DNA of 64,000 nt from a virus. Its lineage: Duplodnaviria > Caudoviricetes. The DNA is taken from IMG/VR virus record IMGVR_UViG_3300015608_002982, positions 25,286-89,285 of that record. The stretch is one strand, 5' to 3'. The position numbers and the translations under genes are program-made. Under the pieces are notes generated by a model, which was not told the DNA's origin, made no database searches, and saw only the letters and a program-made list of their open reading frames with translations. Positions 47,028 through 56,800 of this stretch are shown here, piece after piece; the stretch's first letter is position 1, and each line of letters opens with the position of its first letter.

Positions 47028-48546
47028 AAAACAACTAGAAGATTATCTTTCAGATTTTCATCCAGTTAAAAAAAATGAAATTTTAGAAAAATTCAAAGAT
47101 TTTAATTTTAATTGTGGTAAATTTTCTTTTAGAGATAAAATGAAGAGAATTATATCAATGCCTAAATTTGGCAAAAGGACAATTAATTACTGGGTAAGTA
47201 GGGGATGGTCAGAGGAAGAAGCTTTATTAAAAAGAGTACCTGATAACAGAGATCCTGAAACATCACCAATGAATAAATTTTTTTGGATAAAAAGAGGACT
47301 TACAGAAGAAGAAGCTTTATTAAAATTAAAATCACAAAGAAAATCTAATAAGGAATATTGGACGAAAAGGGGATTTTCAGAAACCGAAGCATTGCAAAAA
47401 TCAGTTGAATTTCAAAAAGACTCTAATTCAGCATTTATTAATAGAATTAACTCAGATATGGATTACCGAGAATTGATAAATTCTAAAAGGAATAATAATA
47501 AAAAATATTGGATCAATCTTGGGTTTTCAGAAGAAGAGTCGATAAAAAAAGTATCGGAGAGACAATCGACATTTTCTTTAAAAAAGTGTTTGGATAAATA
47601 TGGTGATATAGAAGGTCATAAAATTTGGCAAAATAGACAGAAAAGATGGCAAAAATCTCTCTTGCTTAGTTTATATAATGGTAAAGACAATAAGGATTCA
47701 AAGACTATAGAGTTCTTCAAAGGAAAATATAAAGAAAATTGGATAGACCATTACTTTAATAAGATATCATTTAAAGAAAAAGATAAAATATTGTTTTTAA
47801 CATCATTTTATAATTATAAAGATTTAATAGACTCATTAATTGCCGATAAATTGAAATTAGTAGAAATATCATCAATTATTCGGTATAAAATTATACAAGA
47901 GATATATTCTTGTACAATAGATGATATGTTTGAATATTTACATAATAATTATGAAAAATATTCAAAAACACCTGAATATTATCATAAAAATTTCCCCGAT
48001 TGGATAGAAAGATTTATAAATGACAATTCTTTTAAAAATAAAAATGAAATAAAAAAATTATTAAACTTCAAGGATTATAAAGAAATGATTATCTACATGA
48101 TTGATAATTATAAAATTACTGATATAAATATTTATCTACAAAGTAAATTGATATCATATTTTTATAATACAAATCATAAGGAAATGTTCAACTTTTTAGT
48201 AAATAGTGACCCAACAATAAAATCAAAATATGGACATATTAGATATTTTAATGGACACATTTGTCGAAGTGATTCGGAATTTTTATTGGCAAAGTTTTTA
48301 CTTAATAATGATATAAAATATGAATATGAGAAGAGATATAAAAATACATTAAAAAGATGTGATTTCTATCTTATAGATTTTGATCTTTATATTGAATATA
48401 CAGGAATGAAGAAAAATGAAATTTGTAATAAGAAGTATAAAGAGAAACAGAAATTTTGTCTAGAAAATAATATCAATTGTATATTTTCTAACAATATTCA
48501 AGAAATAAAAAATAAAATATTAAATGAAATTAAAATTAACAATTGA
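47005..48546 (+). mobile_element. Free-standing homing-endonuclease-like gene separating the split intein halves
   Basis: Four YWxxRGxSEEEA repeats, two about 70-aa helical repeats, C-terminal RSDSE...RCDFYL...YIEY PD-(D/E)XK domain; GAATATATA at 46974-46982. Confidence 0.75.
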
Positions 48547-50521
48547 ACAATTGAACAAACTTCAAGAATCAATTAAATTAATCGATAATTATGAAATAAA
48601 TGTTTCAACTGAAAATGGATTTAAAAAAATCAAAGCTGTTGGTGTAACAAGTAGAAACTCAGAAAAAATAAGAATTAAAACAAAGGATTTTGAATTGGTA
48701 GGGTCTCCATTTCATAGAGTAAAATATCAAAATAATTGGTTATATCTAAAAGATATTAAAATAGGAGATAAAGTAAATACAAAAAATGGAATACAAGAAA
48801 TTTTAGATATTAGTTTTGATAATAATAAAGAAGACTTATGGGATATAGAAGTTGATGGACATGAATATTATTCAAATGGAATCTTAAGCCACAACTCTTC
48901 TCTACTAGACTCATTTGATTACACACTTTACGGTAAAGTAAGAGGTCGTAAAAAAAGATGGGCTACTTTATCAACACTACCAAATAGAATTAATGGCGAA
49001 CTTCTTAATAGAATCAAATTTGTTTCTAATAGTACAGAGGTTGAAATAAAAAGAGGTATCTCACCAAGCGTACTTGAGTTGTGGGAGAATGGAGTTCTTA
49101 ATGAAAGAGCTGGTAAAGCCAATGTAGATGAAAAGATTGAGAATTACATTGGAATGGATATTGAGACATTCAAATCATTTATTTCAATGTCTATTAATGA
49201 TTTCAAAAATTTTATTTCATTATCAAACGAAGAAAAACAACTTCTTCTTGATAAGTTATTTAATCTTGAAGTCATCAACATTCTCAACAGTATCTTGAAA
49301 GATATTGCTAAAAATAATAAAGTAAGAGCAGCTTCATTTGATGCTGAAATTAGAACTTTAGATGATTCAATTGCCTCTATTAAAAGGTCAATTGAAAAAG
49401 CACTTGAAAGAGAAAGACAAGAAGCACAATTAGCACTTGAAAGAGAAAAAGAAGATATACAAGCTGAGATTGATAGAATTACAAATGAAATGAATTCTAG
49501 AAAAGATGAGTATAAAGCTCTAAAAGAAAAGATTGATAAAATCAAAGAAAAAGATGCTGAACTCGTTGATGAGATGGATAAGGAAAAAAGACAGTTAATT
49601 AACTGTCAAAATGATATCAGAAATGTTCAAAAAGAATTAGACTTGTATGATTCTGGAAAATGTCCGACCTGTAAAACAGATTTCAACTCTGAACACTTTT
49701 CTAATTTAAGAACTACTTTAGAAGAAAAGAAATTAGGATTTGAAAATATCAAACTTGAAATTGAAGCAAACATTACTAAAGTGAAAGAAAGACAAACTAA
49801 GTTAAAATCACTTTCTGAATCAACAACAACTGCATTTAATGATTTAAGTTATTTATTAAAGACTCACAAGTCTGAAATTGACAAACTAAATCAAAAGAAA
49901 GCATCACAGACCGTTACTGTTAATACAACTCCTTCTGTTAATATTCAAGAGTTTCAAAATACAATTGAAGAGCTTGAAGAAAAGAAAATAGTATCAACTG
50001 ATAATATAAGTGTTTGTAAAGAAAAAGAACTTTACTACAAAGAGTTAAATCGTATCTTTGGTGAAGATGGTGTTAAGAAGTCTATTATTGCTGGTATTAT
50101 TAAGCCAATAAACCATTTTATTTCTGAAAATGTTAAAAAGATGGGACTTCCATTTGAAGTTAAATTAGATGAGACTTTTACAGCTGAGATTAAACAATTA
50201 GGTTCATCAATTGAACATGACTCACTTTCTACCGGTGAGACTAAAAAAGTAAATATTAGTATTTTAATTGCTTATCTAAAGCTAATTAGAACTAAACGAC
50301 ATATCAATATTTTGTTCTTAGATGAGGTTTTTTCATCAATTGATATCGAGGGTATAGATTCTATTTTGGCACTCTTAAAATCGTTTGCAAACGATTATAA
50401 CATCAATATCTTTGTTGTACATCATGCTATTTTGAATCAAGAAATGTTTGATAGAATATTAAAGATTAATAAAGAGGTTTTCTCTTCAATAGAAGAAGTA
50501 AATTTGGATTATGCAAGTTGA
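48524..50521 (+). CDS. sbcC: Split-intein C-fragment (48524..48895, 124 aa) fused to gp46/SbcC/Rad50-like C-extein
   Basis: LTIEQL, VSTENGFKKI, SPFH, WDIEVDGHEYYSNGILSHN|SSLLD; zinc hook CPTC, LSTGE signature, LFLDEVF, VVHH. Confidence 0.9.
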   Translation: MKLKLTIEQLNKLQESIKLIDNYEINVSTENGFKKIKAVGVTSRNSEKIRIKTKDFELVGSPFHRVKYQNNWLYLKDIKIGDKVNTKNGIQEILDISFDNNKEDLWDIEVDGHEYYSNGILSHNSSLLDSFDYTLYGKVRGRKKRWATLSTLPNRINGELLNRIKFVSNSTEVEIKRGISPSVLELWENGVLNERAGKANVDEKIENYIGMDIETFKSFISMSINDFKNFISLSNEEKQLLLDKLFNLEVINILNSILKDIAKNNKVRAASFDAEIRTLDDSIASIKRSIEKALERERQEAQLALEREKEDIQAEIDRITNEMNSRKDEYKALKEKIDKIKEKDAELVDEMDKEKRQLINCQNDIRNVQKELDLYDSGKCPTCKTDFNSEHFSNLRTTLEEKKLGFENIKLEIEANITKVKERQTKLKSLSESTTTAFNDLSYLLKTHKSEIDKLNQKKASQTVTVNTTPSVNIQEFQNTIEELEEKKIVSTDNISVCKEKELYYKELNRIFGEDGVKKSIIAGIIKPINHFISENVKKMGLPFEVKLDETFTAEIKQLGSSIEHDSLSTGETKKVNISILIAYLKLIRTKRHINILFLDEVFSSIDIEGIDSILALLKSFANDYNINIFVVHHAILNQEMFDRILKINKEVFSSIEEVNLDYAS

Positions 50522-50801
50522 GGTTTTAATAATTGAGTATTTAAATATAAAACTTGAAAAGGTTAAATTTATTAAGAATCAAAACTTTCAATTTGCTGCC
50601 GAAGTTCGAGATAAAGAAAGAGTAAAATCAAAAGAAATATGCGATATTATTAACCCAGGTGGTGAGTTTGTTAATTACAATACTTATGATAAAATAATAG
50701 ATGATTATTGTAAGCAGGTTTATAACTGTAGTACTTATGATTATTCAACATGTGTTAAAGCAATTATGAGAGCTAAAAAACTAAATGATTTAGGTATATA
50801 A
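50511..50801 (+). CDS. Tagged small protein with UVR (UvrB/C, ClpC-type)-like motif
   Basis: KVKFIKNQNFQFAAEVRDKE; ends MRAKKLNDLGI. Confidence 0.55.
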   Translation: MQVEVLIIEYLNIKLEKVKFIKNQNFQFAAEVRDKERVKSKEICDIINPGGEFVNYNTYDKIIDDYCKQVYNCSTYDYSTCVKAIMRAKKLNDLGI

Positions 50802-50804
50802 AGA

Positions 50805-50831
50805 AAAAAGTCAGATTAAATCTGACTTTTT
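50805..50831. terminator. Bidirectional intrinsic terminator
   Basis: AAAAAGTCAGA-TTAAA-TCTGACTTTTT between convergent genes. Confidence 0.8.
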
Positions 50832-50836
50832 ATATT

Positions 50837-52348
50837 TTAATTACAATCGTAACAACTTACTTCACCTCGTCCATCACAGTTAGAACATTCTTCTCTACCT
50901 GAACCACCGCAATCTGAACACTCAGATTTTCCGGTTCCACTACATTCAGGACAATCTACTTCATTACCATCGTCATCAGTAGTTTTACCGGAACCATCAC
51001 ATTCACCACAATCAACTTCACCATCACCATCACAGTTATTACAATCGTGACTTCCTCTACCATAACAATCATCACATTCTACAGTTCCTCTACCACCACA
51101 AGTTTCACAATCACCAACATCATATCCACCACCTGTGTCTTCTAAGGTAATAGCACCACCTCTGTTTTCATTTGATAAAATACCAGTACCTTCTTTATAA
51201 TATTTAAGAGTATCTAAGTAAGGATAATGTCTGTAATTTTTCTGATCTAAATTTACTGTTAAATCTAAATCAACTATTGTACCATCTGGTGCAATACATC
51301 TACCGATATCTGAGCTACTATTGTGATATTTTGCATACCAACCATTTTCTTTAGCAAATTCTCTAAATAAGTTTACATCAGAGTCATTAATAGTATAAAT
51401 TCTATCCATGAACTTTTTACCATCGTTTAGAGTCCATAAAAGTGATCTACCTACAATTTTACTATCATCATCCTGAGATTTGAAAATAACTAAACTAACT
51501 TGATTTGGATTAGCTGTATAAATTTCTAACCAAGATTCATCGGCACCTGCCATACAAGAAGAGCCTAAAGTACCTCTTCTTTCATAGTAGTTTTTACTAC
51601 CATACCAGTAATGTATATCATCACCACTTACTACATTAAAATAAGAAAATTTATCATTTAACTTATCTATAGTTGCCTTGAATAAATTTACAAATGCTTC
51701 AAAGTCTTTATCTAAAATGTCTGTAACACCGGCTGATCTTAATAATGCTCTTGCTCCTCTACCAACTTTAATATCTTGTCTATTTTTAGACCAAACTTCT
51801 CTCATTAAAGCAGATACTGTATCAATAAGCCTTAATTTATCTTGGTTATAAACACCTTGTCCTAATTCAACTTCTTGATTATCTGTGCCAGTACCACCAG
51901 TCCATTTAATCCAGAAATATGTTTTACCTGAAGTTTCAGATGTTACCTTAGCTACAACTGTTCCAATATCTCTTGAGTTTGGCTTATAAGGTTCTGATCC
52001 TTCTTCATATGTATATCCTAATTTATCAAATATTCCTTTATTAGTATCTTTGTGTTTTAACCAACCACCACCAGAACCAGTGAACCTATAAAGTTCTTTT
52101 GTTTGACCTAATATTTCTTGAGCTTTTCTATCAGGAATAAAGTTTAACGAGTCATTTTTATCAGATGTCACATCAAAATAATTTGATTGTACAGGTAAGT
52201 CTTTATTTTCAATTTCTAATAATTTTTTAGCTACAGGGCTATCTATTTTAGACAAGGCTCTTCTTAATTTATCAGAGTAAATAACATTAGATTCTAGTAG
52301 TAAGAAATCTAAAGATTCATTTATGAAATCGGAATATTTTTTAATCAT
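50837..52348 (-). CDS. CTS-like SCM/GRSLLW/MDRIY-family protein with C-terminal DnaJ-type zinc repeats
   Basis: MIKKYSDFINE; SSCM, GRSLLW, FMDRIY, YPYLDT; seven CxxCxGxG plus terminal CxxC. Confidence 0.65.
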   Translation of the reverse strand: MIKKYSDFINESLDFLLLESNVIYSDKLRRALSKIDSPVAKKLLEIENKDLPVQSNYFDVTSDKNDSLNFIPDRKAQEILGQTKELYRFTGSGGGWLKHKDTNKGIFDKLGYTYEEGSEPYKPNSRDIGTVVAKVTSETSGKTYFWIKWTGGTGTDNQEVELGQGVYNQDKLRLIDTVSALMREVWSKNRQDIKVGRGARALLRSAGVTDILDKDFEAFVNLFKATIDKLNDKFSYFNVVSGDDIHYWYGSKNYYERRGTLGSSCMAGADESWLEIYTANPNQVSLVIFKSQDDDSKIVGRSLLWTLNDGKKFMDRIYTINDSDVNLFREFAKENGWYAKYHNSSSDIGRCIAPDGTIVDLDLTVNLDQKNYRHYPYLDTLKYYKEGTGILSNENRGGAITLEDTGGGYDVGDCETCGGRGTVECDDCYGRGSHDCNNCDGDGEVDCGECDGSGKTTDDDGNEVDCPECSGTGKSECSDCGGSGREECSNCDGRGEVSCYDCN

Positions 52349-52378
52349 TTCAACTATATTATATTTTACAGATATAAG

Positions 52379-52395
52379 TATATATTAAATATATA
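52379..52395. promoter_or_regulatory. Overlapping divergent TAATATATA (-) and AAATATATA (+) motifs
   Basis: Between 50837..52348 and rpsU. Confidence 0.45.
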
Positions 52396-52418
52396 AAGTA
52401 CAAAAAAAATTTATTTAT

Positions 52419-52607
52419 ATGCTATTAGTAAAAGTAGAAGGAACAACAATTGAAAAAGCTCTTAAAACACTTAAAAGAAAGTGGGATAGAACAAAAGCTA
52501 TGAGAGAGTTGAGAGAAAGAAAAGAGTTTGTTAAGAAGTCGGTTAAAAGAAGAGCCGAGATTAACAAGGCTAAGTATGTTCAAGAGAAATACGGTAATAA
52601 TGATTAA
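52419..52607 (+). CDS. rpsU: Ribosomal protein bS21
   Basis: IEKALKTLKRK...LRERKEFVKKSVKRR. Confidence 0.88.
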   Translation: MLLVKVEGTTIEKALKTLKRKWDRTKAMRELRERKEFVKKSVKRRAEINKAKYVQEKYGNND

Positions 52608-52896
52608 AAAATTACTTAGTTTATTTCCTAATCAAAATAACAAAACTTATGATCTAGGAAAACTACAGAAAGTTGGCTTCATAAAAACTTTAGAAGATTT
52701 ATCTGCTTGTCCTAATTGTAAAAGTAAAAATATTGCTTGGAAGTTTTATATTCCAACTGATGGATCTAAGCCAACTCTAGACCACGAATCTGTTTGTAAA
52801 GACTGTGGTTATAAGGATAAAAAAGGTGAGTTTGAAAAAACAAATAAAGCTATTTTAAGAAATAAAAAAATTAATCAAATATTAGATGAGTTTTAA
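52600..52896 (+). CDS. Zinc-ribbon protein with C-terminal tag
   Basis: CPNC...CKDC; ends LRNKKINQILDEF; start refined to ATG 52600. Confidence 0.65.
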   Translation: MIKKLLSLFPNQNNKTYDLGKLQKVGFIKTLEDLSACPNCKSKNIAWKFYIPTDGSKPTLDHESVCKDCGYKDKKGEFEKTNKAILRNKKINQILDEF

Positions 52897-53101
52897 TAAA
52901 AGATATATTAGTAAAGATAGTTTATTATCAGCCGCTTCTAATGGCTTAGATTATTTAATTGGATATGTAACTAAACCAGATGCTCTTATTATAGAGTGTG
53001 ATGGTATATCTCATCAAGTTTGTGATATCGTCGGTTTAACTAAAAACAAACAAGAGATGAAAAAGAAATTAAAAGAAATTGGCTTCTATGAATTTGAATA
53101 A
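52886..53101 (+). CDS. Hypothetical protein
   Basis: 71-aa ORF overlapping both neighbours. Confidence 0.55.
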   Translation: MSFNKRYISKDSLLSAASNGLDYLIGYVTKPDALIIECDGISHQVCDIVGLTKNKQEMKKKLKEIGFYEFE

Positions 53102-53807
53102 AAACTATTATGGTGTCTTGGGTGTTAAAAATACAGACGATGAGAAAACTATAAAAAAAGCTTACTATAAACTATCTTTTACACATCACCCTGATAAAGG
53201 TGGTGATGCGATAGTTTTCGCTGAAATGACAGAAGCATATAATGTTCTATGTAGTGAGGAGAGAAAAGATTACGACTTAAAAAGTAAATTTGGTAGCAAT
53301 TATAATGAATATTTTGAACTTTTTAATATTGATATTGACTTTGATTTTAACAAAGAAAAATCAAATCTTGAAAAGTTTAAAAAGTTTGAATTAAATGATA
53401 TTTGTATAAATATTAGTGATGATTTTGATGGATCTTTGGAATATGAAAGATGGGTTAAATGTAAATCTTGTGATGGTACAGGTAAGGACTTATCAGCTAA
53501 AATAGTTATCAAAGATAATGATGGTAATATTTTAAAAACATTTGATGCTGATGATGGTTGTGATTTTTGCGAAGGTACTGGTAAAGACTACAAAGGAGAT
53601 GCTTGTAACTTCTGCCAGGGTAAAGGTAAAGTTGGACTAACGCCTTGTAAAAAATGCAATGGTGAAAAAAGAATTTTAGGTAAGCAAAAGCTTTCTGGTA
53701 TTAAATTAACCGGTGATGAGACAAAAATTGAATCAATGGGTAATTGCTCAAAAGATGTAGTTGGCCAAGTAGGTCACTTAATATTAAAAAGAACTAAACT
53801 TGATTAA
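53079..53807 (+). CDS. dnaJ: DnaJ-family co-chaperone (J domain plus zinc finger, short C-terminus)
   Basis: YYGVLGV...IKKAY...HHPDKGG; CxxCxGxG repeats. Confidence 0.9.
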   Translation: MASMNLNKNYYGVLGVKNTDDEKTIKKAYYKLSFTHHPDKGGDAIVFAEMTEAYNVLCSEERKDYDLKSKFGSNYNEYFELFNIDIDFDFNKEKSNLEKFKKFELNDICINISDDFDGSLEYERWVKCKSCDGTGKDLSAKIVIKDNDGNILKTFDADDGCDFCEGTGKDYKGDACNFCQGKGKVGLTPCKKCNGEKRILGKQKLSGIKLTGDETKIESMGNCSKDVVGQVGHLILKRTKLD

Positions 53808-53809
53808 CA

Positions 53810-56800
53810 TTAGCCTGCATCAAAAGCAACTGCACTAGCTTGAGCTTGTTGATCAAGATTTGGATTGTAATATATACCTCCACTAGCAACAGTGTTTGAT
53901 ATTCCCACTCCAACTCCACTAATGGCTACATTTGAATTTTGAGTCTGAATACTATCTAATCCTATTGATATATTATCCACAAATACAAAAGCTGAGTTAG
54001 TATAATCTATAAATGGTGACAAACCTTGATACGGAACAGCAATTCCTTTGTTAATATTATCCGGTGTAAAGTATAAGAAGAATGGAATCATATCAACCTC
54101 ATAGAAGTGAAGATTATCTATTACATAATCAACTGTTTTATCACTTGTTGCGTAAGAACTATACCCATAAAAATGCATTCCTAAATTTCTCTTATTATAG
54201 AAATACTCTACCTTCTTCTTATACTTAGTAGTAAATGGATTTACATTTTGATTTATAGGTAAGTAAGAAGCAATTGTATTTATTGAGTATGTTAAACCAC
54301 TAATAACAGTATTTCTTTTTATAATATTTAGATTATTAAAATGTATAGGTGGTACATAATATGCGTCAATAACTATATTTCCTTTATACTTGTATAAGTA
54401 AGGATAGTGCCAGTTTCCAAAGCTCGAATCATAGTTTGCTATATTAGTAGAATATGTAACTAAATCATACTCTATTTTAGTATATCTAAGTTTTTGAACT
54501 TCTTCATATGTTTTATTTACTATATCAACATCTGTTAATGGTGTAACATCTAATATACCACCACTTCTAAATGCTTGTATTTTTAACTCTTCGCCGGTTC
54601 CTCCACCATCTGGTTGAACTCTTGAGAATGTTAATGAATAAGCACCTGCTTTTGAATAAGTCCAGCCATATTTTAAGAAGCTACTTTCTGGTACAAGACT
54701 GCTATCACTATATGTACCACCAAAGTCTTCTTCAAAATTACCAGCATCTCCTATAAAGTCAGCAAATACTTTGTATTTAGTTCCTAGTCTATAACTTCTT
54801 ATAGTTGTTGAGAAACTATCTCTAAATGTTGATGTACTATCTAAAATATCCTTTGTTATATAACCATATAAATTGTTTTCAGAATATGACTTTCTTGATA
54901 GTCTATTTAACATAGATTGTGGTTTTCCAATATTTGTCGCATAATCTGCGTCATAAACTAAATCCATCCAAGAATTATATACAAATACAGCATTAGATTC
55001 CATAGATGTTGCCGATGTTACTTTTGATATGTTATTAGATTTAAAATTAACTTTTTGTAATAAACCTTTTGACACATCTAAGAATACACTTCCTCCTTCA
55101 TTAGTTGTATCATATCCCCACTCAGCATCAATTACAACTAAGTAGTCATTAACAACAGCGGTTACATAGTGATCCCCATTATATTGAGGGTTTATTGTAG
55201 CATCATCTTTTTCGATTGTTACTAAATCTCCTACTACCAGTCCATGTGGTGAAGAGAATGTTAAACCTACATTACCTGATTGGAAAATTGTATCTACAAA
55301 TTTAGGAACAGAATATAATTCCGAATAGAAGTGACCACCATCAAATATACCATCTATCCAATGGGAATTATACATTTCTGTTATCAACGGATAACCTTTG
55401 AATAACCCGTAGTTCCATATACCGGTGAAGTATCCGTTAAGGAAGCCACCAGATAACCAAACATTTTTAGTAACATATATTCTATGATGTTCAGAATCTT
55501 TTTCGATTCTTCTTAATGGGAAATTATTATCAAACTCAACTATTATACTATCTGTTGTTTTGCTAGTAATTGTATAGTAACCCTTTAGTAATTTTCTATC
55601 TTCATTTATATCAATTGCTACTATATTACTTATAGCTACATTGTCACCAATATTGAATTTAGCAACTGAAGAAGTTGGACCAGTTACTTGTAATCTCCAT
55701 CTATTTCCTCTATTATAATTAAAATATCTAAAGATATTATGAAACTCATACATATTTTCATCAACTCTCCATCCACTGTTCCAAACACCATTTTCCCATA
55801 TTCCGGCTTTAAATTTACCATTTCCTATTTTTGAATATATTTGACTTAATCCAGGATTAACAAGTGATGCTGTCGCATTTATAGTATTGCCATATCCTAC
55901 TATTGCAGAATATGTAGCACCAGTCAATCCTTGATAAGGAACAGAATAAGTAGAATAGTTATTCATTACATATTGTCTGTTATTACCAGAGTGGTAACTG
56001 CCATCCACTTTAAGATTCTTAATATAAATTGATGAGTATGTTGCAGTTGATGAAGAAACACCAGCAAAACCACCGACAAGCATTAAATATCTATTTCCGC
56101 TTACTCCAAAAAAGTTTGTTGATATAAAATTATCATATGATGAGTATGTACCTGACATACTTTGAGTTATTGTTGCTAGTAATATACTACCAGATGGTGG
56201 ATTATAAACTGTGTCTGACCAATATGCCGGCGAAAGTATAGGTGCGGCCGGTGATAAATATATTCTAAGTGGAAAACCACCGTTGTTTTGATAAGCAAAT
56301 GAAAAATTAAAATTTGAAAAAGGTATAAATTTATATAAAGCATTATTTAATCTATAACCAACATCCGGTGCTTTACTATTTACTGAACCACCTACTGGAA
56401 AATATCCTCTAGATTGAGCCTCTGCTAATGTTGATGGTGTACTTGCTATATAATCGTACCAAAAGTATGTATCTTGACCTTTATCATATACCCAACCTAA
56501 TGAATTACTAGTTGATGGCTTAAATCTATTTACACCATCTTGATAATATGAAAAACCTAATAGACTAAAGTCTAATTCATCTATCTCAGCTGACAGTATT
56601 CCAGGGTTAAGAGAATCAGCACTACTAAAAGTACCATTTGCTCTATATCTTGATCTAACAGTAGATGATATAGTTGATGGTGGTGTTGAGTAATTGTAAA
56701 ACGATTGAGTTGTTGTAGATAAGACTGAACTAGATGGTGTTGCACCTGGAATACCAGGTACCGATCCGTTATAATTCATAAAGTCATCCCAAACACCTGG

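Noticed and set aside
47005-48546. Group I intron interrupting gp46
   Set aside because: Intein motifs flank both breakpoints and the interval is completely occupied by overlapping ORFs, leaving no room for ribozyme core elements
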